A stretch of DNA of 64,000 nucleotides from Aplysia californica. Lineage: Eukaryota. Positions 25,701 through 34,785 of the stretch are shown one piece after another (position 1 is the first letter of the stretch; every line of letters starts with the position of its first letter). The notes under the pieces are model-generated. The model was given only the letters and a program-made list of their open reading frames with translations. It made no database searches and was not told the origin of the DNA. The stretch is taken from positions 521,640-585,639 of the forward strand of contig NW_004797342.1 of the NCBI RefSeq assembly GCF_000002075.1. The letters run 5' to 3'. The position numbers and the translations under genes are program-made.

Positions 25701-28700
25701 AGAAATGAAAAACAATGTATTCAGAAAGGGTAGATACTCCCCAGAAACATTTTGTTCTGGCCAGACATTTGGCAACCAATCCCCAATTTTGCTATTGATT
25801 AACACAGCTAGCTGAGCAGAGAGACTCACATGGAAACAGTGTAACTTGCAGTTTGATTGAAGATATATAATTGAATCCAGCCTAGGACTTACAAATAATT
25901 CATTAAAATTGATCAAACTATTTTACTATAATAGTCAGTAACATAAGAATGATATAAACAAATGTATTGAATATTTATTCATTGGTTTCATATTTAATGC
26001 AGACATTGTTGTGCATACTCATGCTTCTATGTCAGTCTTAGAATGTGAATAATGCTTAATTTTGTTTTGATTCTATTCTACCCTCAGCTGCTCAGGTGGC
26101 CTTAGTACTCCAAAATGCATTTGTCATTTTGAATGTGGCCGTCATCTACATCTATTTGAAGTACAGTGCAGACATCCTTTCTGTGGGATTGTGGATCAAA
26201 TATGTCATATACGCAATCATTATCATCTTCTCCATTTTGTCTCAGCTGTCTAGTATTGCTCGCAGTATTGCAGTGGAAAAAGACTGGATCGTTGAGATAT
26301 GTGGTGGAGACTCAGACAAGCTAGCAAGTAAGAAATTTTGCCATGCATTTTATATTTTTTGATACTCTGTCAAAGTTTGCTATTGGATTTTTTTCCGAAC
26401 TGGTGAATATGTCTTACAACTGAGCTAACAAATGGACAGCTCAGTGCAAAACTCCACCAAACGCTATTTTAAAAAGTGAGGCATGACGAAGTTTTACACT
26501 GAGCAGTTGAAATGACATAACTCTTGCATAAAGTTTTTTCATGTTCATAATGTTGCTTGGCCCTACCTCAGCCGATCAGAGCCGGACTTCAACCCTGGCA
26601 TAAAGCCTAGAAAACAAGATTTCTGCCTGCAGGATGTGAATCTTGACAAGAACCATCTACAAGAACAGACACAACTTGATGTGAAATTGCAAGAACAGAG
26701 AAATGGTTGTGGCAACCTCAACCCACCAGTGCATCTAACAGCAGCTGAGAATTTATCAAACAGTTTGGACATTCGACCTGCATAAACCCCACCAGCTGAC
26801 TAAGAAGTAATAAGGCATACAACATGAAAGTGTCTGGCTGGAATGCTAAAGGAAGACCAAGGACGACCTGAATTAATTTCGAGGAAGAAGATCCCTAAGA
26901 ACAACAATATCCTACTCCTCTTCTTGACTTTCTGACAAAAAGATGGTTGGAGATGAAGGATAAAGAAAGAATGAAAGAAAGAAACAGTGTTGCATTGTTT
27001 GGGTTTTTTGCTTTGATTCGTTTTCTATCTCACCCGTTTTGTCCTCAAACATTTTTGAAAAATGTATATAATGTTAGGCACTGTTATTAGTCCTAGAAAT
27101 GCTCTTGCCAATAATTAAGAAAGTTGTGCCATTTGTTCTTGTGTATGTACCTCTACATGCATGTGTGTATAAATTCCCAAATGTTTAATTTTCAGTTATG
27201 GATCCAAATGTGAAGTAAAGATAAAGAGCCATAGAATGAGAAATGGAAGAGTTGGAGGATGAAAGAGAAAAAGGTGTATACTTGTGCGTTTGTTGTGGGG
27301 AGGGGGGGGGAAGAGGAGGGATGAAGGAATGAGGAAAATAGTGTGGGAGAGGGTTATACTGTAATTGTCTTTCCTTAGCCCTCTTGTCGTTTTGATGTTG
27401 TTACTCATGAATTAGTGTCTGAGTCTGATATTTTCCTTAATGCATTTATCTTTTTCTTCCCAGCTATGACAGCCTCCTTGCGGCGCATTGATCTGTCGAC
27501 CAAAGTGTTGGCACCGGTGGCCACTGGACTTATTATGACATTTGCTGGAGTGGAATTTGGAGCTCTTTTTATAGGAGGATGGAACTTAGTTTCTGTTGTG
27601 ATTGAGTACTACTTTTTATGGAAAGTTTACAACACGGTGCCAGCTCTTCGGAGAAAAAAGAATTTGAAGAGATCAGAAGGTACTTTTGACGTACTTGCTT
27701 TCTACCTCACCATTTGTGACAATCATGGGGCAGGACAGATTGCTGTCTCAGAATTTAAAAGTTTTATCTGCTCTGTACCTAGTTTTGAGAAATTTTGCTT
27801 AAAAAATTTTGAGTTTCACAATATTTAAAGGTTTTTCGAATGCAATTCTTTGAATATCTTGATAACAACTCATAAGAATCTTTCGATTTTGATAGAGCAG
27901 ATAAGGCATTTGATTTCTGACCTAATGGTCTCAGTAACACAGCACGGCCAATATGTCAGCAGATAAAACTTTGTAATTCTGAGGCGGTGAGTTAGTACTC
28001 TAAATAGTCAGCTCAGACAAAGGGAAGTCACTTGGAAGATTATTTTTCCATTCCCCATTCCTCCAGTTTATTGCTGTTTTTGGATTCACCGTGTTTGGTT
28101 TAAGCAGACTTCACCGTAGTTGTGACTTCATCTGCCCTGACCCTTTCCTGGCTGACCTTATGATCTGCTAAATTTGACATGGGCACTCACCAAAGAACAA
28201 TGAGTGGAGCATTTGTCCTGGAAATATTTCTTTACATTAACAGCTATGAATTATTGATTGCTCTGTCAGAAATTCGTCTCAGTTGTTTTTTTAAGTATGC
28301 TGTTTTCTTTTAATTTTGTTTCTTTTAGCATTGATAGTGTGTTGTTCCTTTTTTTTCAGTACTTGCCTTGGCAGCTGGTGATACAACAGATCAAGAGATT
28401 AAAGGTATAAAATGATGTATACTTATAATGTGAGAGAAATGCCCCTTTTGTTTATTGTCTGCATACATGCGTCTGCTGGATTGAAAGTCCTGTTTTTCAT
28501 ATTTGTCTTTGTCTAGACAGAATAGGAAAAATAATTCCAAAGAAAAATAAAGCTTCTCCAATTTTTGAAACGCTTATTTCTATGTATGATTGCAAGGTGA
28601 GATACTCAACTTCTCCTCACTCAGGTGTCACTCTCAACTTATGTAAAACAGCTTTCAAATGTGTCACAACGCGGTGGAATCAGGCGCTCATCAATTTTCG

Positions 28701-31700
28701 GGCATGTGGAGCTATTGGTATCATCTTAAAACTAGTTCAATTGTCCTGATAATGGTGAAAAAAAATGCCCTTAAATCTGGAATAGAAGTCAAGATATTTG
28801 ATATTGATGAAGGTTGGGTTGCCTGGTTTCAAAAGTTAAATTAGTGAGAAAATGGCCACCAAAGTTTGGTTATTTCTATAGCTTAATAGTCTGTGGAAAC
28901 TGAAAACTTGCATTTTTGTGCCTTTAATCAACGTTTTTCCAGTAAAAATCCACACAGAAATGTGTTCTTAATTGGACAACGGTTTTTAGCTGAAAAAGAA
29001 AAATTCGATAAAAATTACCAAACTTTTGCAGAAAAATGCCAGTTTCTTCAATTTCATTATTTTGACGAGCGCCTGATTTCACCACGTTGCATCACAAATG
29101 TCTTCTAAATAAAAAAACACAAAACAAGTGTTGTCCTAAATGTGGTGCCTGAAGCAATCTTTTTTTTTACTAATAATTTCCTACATTTGTGTGTGTGCCC
29201 AGAGAAAGGTACCAAAAGTCACCCCAGACTGTTGAGCTACAGGCTGATATAATGACAAAAATCTCTTTTTTGACCAAAATGTGTTTCCATAAAAAAATGA
29301 TAGATCCAACATTATTTTACAATGTACTCAAAGGGTTTTCATCGATTTGACTTCTAAATGTTTTATTTTGAATTATTTTGAGGGAAGGGTATAGTAAAAA
29401 CAAGTAATGAAAACTGCTTTTAAAATGTGTTAAAATCTATTGTTGAAGCACGTTTTCTCTTCCCTGCTATGTTTTACCTTTGAATTCCATTCATGATATC
29501 GATGTCAACTGCATGCCAAGAACTTTTCATGAATAAATACATTTTTAAAATCTTTTTTTTTAAAGTTTGTATGTGTTCTCACGTTTGTAAAACTTAAAAG
29601 CTCATTTTCTCAAAATTATATTTTTTTACCCTACCTCTCAAAATGTGCAATATCTCAAAAATTACTTGAGATGTCTAAAAAATTCAAAAACCCTTGTGTT
29701 CAGCATTGAATTTATTTCCTATAAGGTACAACCCTTAACTCAAAATGGTGAAAATCCGACTTTTGGTACATTTCTTTAGGCTCACACACATTTAGATAAA
29801 GAAATTTACAATCAATACAAACTGGCTCTGTTCTACATACAGATGTAGTTCAGGCAGGCTCTGCTGAAGTTCCACAACAGTTCAGTGAGACTGAGGAGAC
29901 TCCAGATTCCCCAGAAGCTGACAATGAGGATGGAGCCCCAACACCTCTTATGGAACAAAGTGTAAGATTGCATGACTATGAATTATTTTTGCTATTATAT
30001 GTTTCCTTTTGATGTGATGGTTTGTTGTGAAAGCCATAATGTCTAGCGTAAACTTGTCTAGTGCTGCAAGTATGTTTAGAATTGGAAATGATTGTACTTT
30101 GAAAGAGATGGGGATGGGGGGCAGGGTGGGGGAGGGTGGAGTTAACTTTTCTTCTTATGTCAATGTATCAGTTAAACCAAAACTTGCTTTTTTCCATCGA
30201 ATGAAATCTCATGAAGCCATAATATGTGCTTAAACTACAAATGAAAACCCGCTCAGAAAGTGATCCAATGCAGTGCAACTTAGATAGGTTCCGTAGAAGG
30301 TATCAACAAATATCGCAACTTAAAAAAAAAATGTAAGTCCCCTGTTAGTCATATGAGGATTAAAAGAAGGCTTCCGATAATGTCTTCTTCACTGGATATT
30401 AGAATACCAGCTACTCTTGAATTCTCTGGACTTTTTGTTTTCTTTTCTTCAGGGAATGTATATCCTGAGCAGGATTAAATGCAGTCTGTGTTTTCCTCCC
30501 TCCGTAAATGTGTGTCATGTCATATCCAATTAGCATTTTTTACTGGCTAATTATTAATGTAAATATAGATTTAGCAATCGAATATCTGGGTTTTTTTGCT
30601 AATCAATGTGTTATCCAGTATATATTGACCCTGTTCTATACTTATGGATATAGTCATTCTCATCTGTTGGTTTGACTTTGAAATTGTGTTGATGCAAGCA
30701 CTAGCACTCAGAAAGCCATGGCTCTGAGAAAAGAATAAGAATTGATTTCACTAGTGAAAAACTTTTATTTTCAATTTTGGGAAGTACAATTGGCAACATG
30801 ACCTTTAATAGAGTGTATCTGCTTGTTATTTAAAGCACGTATTATGTTAAAGTCTTCTTTGATGACGATAATCTTTGAAAATTATGATCAGAATTGAATG
30901 TTTACTGATCCTTCTCATCAGCTAAGTTTGCCTTGTTGACCAATATCTCTTTTGAGGCGGGTTTTAGAGCATGTCACTACCTCAGTTGGTGTCATATTCA
31001 ACATCAGTGCCACACCTTGGTAGAGTCCTCCGTCACACTTTCTTGGACTTGTGATTTCTGACGGTTCCTAACAGATTTCTCCAAAATTGGCTTTGTCCTA
31101 TTGGAGAGAGTTGTGTTAAGTTGGAGGTCCCCCCCCCCCCATTTAAAAAATGGATTATACTCTTCTATATGTGGGTTTGGTGAATTTTAGTGGTCTTTGA
31201 GATTTCGTTTGTGTTTGTTTTGATACCAGAAGGCTGAAAGAAATGCCCAGAGTAAAGAAGAAAAAGATTCTGAGGAACAGACCAAGAATGGATGCAGATG
31301 TAGCATCTTCAACAGTTTACAAAGGTTGTATAAAGGCTGGCCGATTTACATCGGCTATGATGTCGTACATGCTGGAATTGCCCTTTCCTGCCTTTACATG
31401 ACAGTCCTGGGCTTTGACAATGTCACAGTGGGTGAGTAAAGTATAGATTCTTGGACTTAATTTCTATTATTTTAATGTAATGAAATGAATTTTCAAACCA
31501 TTTTACTACTCTCACAGTAATTGGGTAACAGTTTTTTTTATTGTTTATCCTTCAGTCATTGAAGTCTTGATACGAAAAGTATATTTTCATTGGCCCTAAG
31601 TCTGGGTTTTTATCAACATGATTTTCATTAATTGTTCATTGTGTTGTATATGTGGTTGTTGTGCACTCACAAAACAGTGAATAATACTGGATACTTTTGT

Positions 31701-34700
31701 TACAGGTTATGCTAAAATGCAAGGCATGACGGAAGGACATATTGGTGGACTCATGAGTGTGTCAGCTGTTGTTGGTATTGTTGGAACCTTCTTGTACCCG
31801 ATCATGAGGAGAAAGCTGGGCTTGCCGCGGACTGGCATTTTTGGCCTTTCCTTTGAAATCCTGTGCCTGACATTGTGCATAGCCTCTGTGTGGATTCCTG
31901 ACAGTCCCTTTGATTTGTCCAAAGGATTCCACTATTCCACACCAGATAGTGGCTTAAACTGCACTGCTGGTGAGGGAAGCTAAAAGAATTAATCTCCTTC
32001 TTCAGATATCATTTTCCTTATAAATTGTTTGCAGTATTATGGATGATTGCCTCAAAGAAGATAAACTTAACATTTGTATTGTGTAACCTGAAGGGGAAAG
32101 ATTCTATTTGTTCAGTTTTGTCCTAAAAAGGGTATTTGTTTTATCTCCCCATCATCAGGATTTAGATCAAATTAGGGGGCCATCTACCGTGGCCATTACT
32201 GGCTGAGAGAGATGCTGTATCCCAGTAGAATGTCGGATATATATACTTTTTGCAATAGATTTGCCCTCTATGGAATTGAACCCCTGTCTTTTGTGTGCAG
32301 CAGCAAAGAACCTAACATTTATACCCTTTGAGCCCTGACCTCCTGATGCTATCGTGCCCCTCTGCCTGAGCTCCTGAGCGATATATTACTAACTTTCATT
32401 TGATCGTCAGAATCACATTCCATATCCCACTCATGGTAGTCCTTGTTATTACCAGCGTCTGCTTCAGAAAGATCTTCCAAAAAAAATCAGTAATGACCTG
32501 TGTAGTAAACACAGTTTTGTCTCAGGTTAGCCAGTTTGGGGATACGGTCTTGCTCACCGCTCTACCGATGGGGGCTCAAAGGGTTAAGCCTCAGGGATAC
32601 TCATAGTTTTTACATAGGAGCAAGCAGTGTACACTGCCTCACTACTAAAGACAATGTGATGTATTGAATTGGTTAACGGCCTTTGTTCTGTTCTCACATG
32701 GTTAATTAGCATCTGTGCTATAGTGGTTAGGCGTTTCACTGTTTCACGCAGGAGAGCTGAGGTGGAGAGAAATTTTTAAAAAATATCTTGGTCTTCCTGC
32801 TGGGATGTTGTATCCTTCTCTACCCGGATTGACCCTGACAGGTAGTGTTAGAAATCTGCCATCTAAACGATCTAAGTTGTGTCGATTGGGGCATTGGGGC
32901 GTGAAAAGCTTAGTTAATCAGGCTCTAAAATGCTAGTTACTACTAAGTGTAACAAACAGATTGTCCTCTCCACTGATGCTGGGCTGCATATATAGAAGTA
33001 GAAGCACAAACCCTAAGATAACCCATTCAGCTTGGCTCATAACTTTGTCTAGTGGGTTGCATAGACAAGAGTAAACAAATAAGATGCAGGGAGAGAGAGA
33101 AAAGAAAAAAGAGAAGGAGAAATGGTGTCTTTCTGTATACGATTCTAGCAACTAATATTTCTTATTATGTTTGTTTCGCACTAAGGAAAAATAAGTCACT
33201 ATTTCTCCATAGTTTAATGAGTAAAGGTCTACTTCATCCCTCCATTCAGAACTCACTCAATGGTCTCCACTCTCTGTGAGGGTCAATGTGGGGGTAATGA
33301 TGACTTAAAAAGACAATTTAACTTATTTCAAGATTATGTGTGATGGTGTGTTGGGGGGGGGGCTGAAATAGAACTTTGTCTCTGTAGGATTGGGTTTGGA
33401 AAAGAAATGATATATTAAACAGTGATCTCTATGTCAGTGTATTCCAAAAATGTGGCTTACTTTGAGATGTTATCTAACTGTGACAAGTTGGATATATTGT
33501 ATCGAAATGTTCAACTCTTTCTGTCTCCGTCACGTGTACTTTTGAAAAATTCTCAATTATGTTACACCTTGTTTGACCATCCTTTCCTGAGGGATATATG
33601 AATTGTCATTGCCGGTTAGGGTGAATTAAATTACATGATTGTTATTGAAGTTGAAATGAGCTTGTATTATTTTTGAGTCAGTATATCGATAGTCAAATTT
33701 TGCAAATTTTAGTTTGTAATTCAGTTGAATGGTTTAGATAGAAAACTTTTGTCTGCATTTATTTTCAGATCAGAGCAACAATACAGATGTTTTCTACATT
33801 ACTTCCGATGGGAACAATTCAACCATTGACTATGGCAATTACTCTCTGGCTGTGACTACTCCTGTGATGATAAATGAAACGTCAACTCCTTGCTCTCCTT
33901 TGTCAGTAAATCCTCGACCCTCTGTATCAGTTTGGATGCTTATGGCAGGCATTGTCACTGCACGCTTTGGTTGGTATTGTGGCTCGTCTTTTCAGTCAAC
34001 AGTTTTGCATTATGTCTTATTTAAAGACAAAAATCTCTTTACAAGCTTTTGGTTGAAGACACTGTCTACTGCAATCTTTAAGTCGCAGGCACTGACCTGG
34101 AAAGAATAGCTGCCGAAAAATGGGCATGTATTACATACTGCACTGGTACTATTGTTTTTGTGTTTTATTTTTTATCCATGATGTTTGAAGTTCGCTATAA
34201 TATATTGTTTTACTTCAGACAATTTTTGTGTGCTGTTTATGATCTCCTTTTGATTCGAAGAATTATTTTTGTAAAGCCATTTGATCTTAAATTGATATAT
34301 TTCTTTCTTTGTTAGCAAAAATACTGCTACAGTAAATTTATTTGAAAGGGCTTTGTATGCATATTCTTTGTTCATTCTCTGCTCTTTGTTTATATGTAGA
34401 AATGTCATTTTCATGTCAGTGATAATACTTTTGTATTATGGATATGAAATATTATTTCTGCTTGTGTCCTACAGGTCTCTGGGTGGCTGATTTAGCAATT
34501 ACACAGCTGTTCTTGGAGAGAGTAGAAGAGGCTGAGAGAGGGAAAGTCAATGGAGTGCAGAGTTCTCTGAATCAACTAATGGATATGCTCAAGTTTTTAA
34601 TGGTGGTTTTGGCTCCTTACGAGCATCAGTTTGGTTTGCTTGTCATAATATCATTTGTTTTTATTTGTATTGGATGGCTCTTTTATGCGTACTTCTTGAA

Positions 34701-34785
34701 AAAGAATCGAGGCCATCTGTTCCATTTTGAAAAGTGTCTTATTGGTTGTGGCAATGGTGCTGCACCTTCAAATGGAAATGTGTGA
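3952..34785 (+). CDS. SLC40A1: Ferroportin (solute carrier family 40 member 1), spliced CDS join(3952-4381,23443-23510,25061-25220,26088-26327,27464-27679,28360-28404,29843-29961,31230-31431,31706-31969,33769-33969,34475-34785), 751 aa
   Basis: Ferroportin motifs are present: VYLSHCLSAW|GDRMW, EKDWIV, LRRIDL..KVLAP, LYMTVLGFD, ARFGLWVADL, ERGKVNGVQSSLN. All introns are GT-AG and all phases join into one open frame (2256 nt). The 68-nt and 160-nt exons match the sizes of human SLC40A1 exons 2 and 3. The first exon is less certain than the rest. Confidence 0.95.
5101..5466. repeat. Imperfect (CA)n microsatellite spanning an N gap
   Basis: Direct reading. Confidence 0.85.
7000..7041. repeat. 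(GA)n microsatellite
   Basis: Direct reading. Confidence 0.95.
9598..9678. repeat. (CA)n microsatellite
   Basis: Direct reading. Confidence 0.95.
10590..11035 (+). mobile_element. SINE family A, 5'-truncated copy with a 62-bp insertion
   Basis: Matches ~850-1215; insertion at 10681-10742 is flanked by a tctactgctg duplication. Confidence 0.85.
11390..13360 (+). mobile_element. 5'-truncated, decayed I/Nimb-group LINE (RT C-terminus + RNase H + Cys/His knuckle + 3' UTR)
   Basis: Fragments xVDDFLIY, RFLGVIFD..LTF.PHI, LDYGCQV, FTDGSK..GVGAA, SIFSAEATAI, ILSDSLS, VGIRGNE, CVGCD...HI...C; ends in a (taaac)n tail. Confidence 0.85.
13361..14596 (-). mobile_element. Decayed Tc1-like transposon
   Basis: Minus-strand fragments TVRWRLH..GL..RRP, GGSCVMIWG, PAHSPDLKP; TA-flanked terminus near 14595. 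Confidence 0.8.
15900..17155 (+). mobile_element. Decayed Tc1/mariner-superfamily element (DUF4817-like transposase)
   Basis: MVKFSKEQIAFYIEHY...WVEKFR, EKAHFHL and C-terminal SKGGHVE remnants; boundaries approximate. Confidence 0.6.
17288..17372 (+). repeat. Compound (CAT)n(CAG)n trinucleotide microsatellite
   Basis: Direct reading. Confidence 0.9.
17767..17970 (+). mobile_element. tRNA-derived SINE family B (~200 bp)
   Basis: A box (tggtgaatcgg) and B box (ggttcgatttc); homologous copies at ~32707-32910 and ~37556-37770. Confidence 0.8.
18322..18682 (+). mobile_element. MITE family C copy
   Basis: Shares gtggaatcagg.gctc...gatttcaccacg termini and body with 28660-29098. Confidence 0.7.
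18953..19459. mobile_element. MITE with ~55-bp TIRs containing the ttctctaacgttagagaa palindrome
   Basis: 18953-19011 is an imperfect inverted repeat of 19407-19459. Confidence 0.7.
19535..19931 (-). mobile_element. RTE-clade LINE 3' fragment
   Basis: RMDGNRIPKQLL / YGKLAQGKRPRGRPKLRYKE and CKHCNRICASNIG..IH C-terminal motif; runs into an N gap. Confidence 0.8.
20590..22610 (+). mobile_element. Decayed LINE ORF2 (APE endonuclease + N-terminal RT)
   Basis: NLYA, VVGDLNAR..WG, SNIDLTL, GSNHLP; QPPWW; LIPSPKQGKD...YRIIAMQNTYGKILER; ALDLGDAYNRV; multiple frameshifts. Confidence 0.85.
21366..21547. mobile_element. 182-bp MITE-like insertion in the LINE
   Basis: tgtccccgt/acggggaca TIR; TCTAAT duplicated at 21360-21365 and 21548-21553. 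Confidence 0.75.
22666..22717. repeat. (CT)n microsatellite
   Basis: Direct reading. Confidence 0.9.
23443..23510 (+). CDS. SLC40A1: Ferroportin exon 2 (GPGKGFFSSTNFFVYLSHCLSAW)
   Basis: Poly-T tract + AG acceptor, TGG|GTGAG donor, 68 nt; encodes the N-terminal half of TM1. Confidence 0.93.
23535..24054 (-). mobile_element. SINE family A, full-length antisense copy
   Basis: Reverse complement of 700-1215, including the tRNA head. Confidence 0.88.
25061..25220 (+). CDS. SLC40A1: Ferroportin exon 3 (GDRMWAFG...DVSPRLK)
   Basis: cag|GGTGACCGAATGTGG acceptor, G|gtaatc donor, 160 nt. Confidence 0.95.
25436..25485. repeat. Perfect 25-bp tandem duplication in ferroportin intron 3
   Basis: catatttgggtgtaagtacctgttt x2. 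Confidence 0.9.
26088..26327 (+). CDS. SLC40A1: Ferroportin exon 4 (AQVALVLQN...EKDWIVEICGGDSDKLA)
   Basis: ccctcag acceptor, A|gtaag donor, 240 nt. Confidence 0.95.
27464..27679 (+). CDS. SLC40A1: Ferroportin exon 5 (MTASLRRIDL...PALRRKKNLKRSE)
   Basis: cttcccag acceptor, AAG|gtac donor, 216 nt; RRID motif. Confidence 0.95.
28360..28404 (+). CDS. SLC40A1: Ferroportin exon 6, 45-nt central-loop exon (VLALAAGDTTDQEIK)
   Basis: Strong poly-T cag acceptor, AAG|gtata donor, open in frame, phase 1-1. Confidence 0.7.
28660..29098 (+). mobile_element. MITE family C (~430 bp, ~30-bp TIRs)
   Basis: cgcggtggaatcaggcgctcatcaa ... ttgacgagcgcctgatttcaccacg inverted repeats. Confidence 0.8.
29189..29789. 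mobile_element. MITE, ~600 bp
   Basis: gtgtgtgcccagagaaaggtaccaaaagtc ... gacttttggtacatttctttaggctcacac TIRs; attt on both flanks. Confidence 0.75.
29843..29961 (+). CDS. SLC40A1: Ferroportin exon 7, acidic central loop (DVVQAGSAEV...PLMEQS)
   Basis: catacag acceptor, gtaaga donor. It supplies the phase 1 to phase 0 change needed to join exon 8. Confidence 0.85.
31230..31431 (+). CDS. SLC40A1: Ferroportin exon 8 (KAERNA...LYMTVLGFDNVTV)
   Basis: ccag acceptor (tandem CAGAAG), G|gtgagt donor; TM7 motif. Confidence 0.93.
31706..31969 (+). CDS. SLC40A1: Ferroportin exon 9 (YAKMQGM...WIPDSPFDL...LNCTA)
   Basis: ttacag acceptor, G|gtgag donor, 264 nt. Confidence 0.95.
32324..32583. mobile_element. 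piggyBac-type MITE
   Basis: ccctttgagccc...gggctcaaaggg TIR; TTAA on the right flank, degenerate on the left. Confidence 0.7.
32707..32912 (+). mobile_element. SINE family B copy
   Basis: Matches 17767-17970. Confidence 0.7.
33769..33969 (+). CDS. SLC40A1: Ferroportin exon 10 (DQSNNTD...SVWMLMAGIVTARF)
   Basis: ttttcag acceptor, G|gttggt donor, 201 nt. Confidence 0.92.
34475..34785 (+). CDS. SLC40A1: Ferroportin last coding exon (GLWVADL...SNGNV*)
   Basis: cctacag acceptor; TM10-12 motifs; TGA at 34783-34785. Confidence 0.95.
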
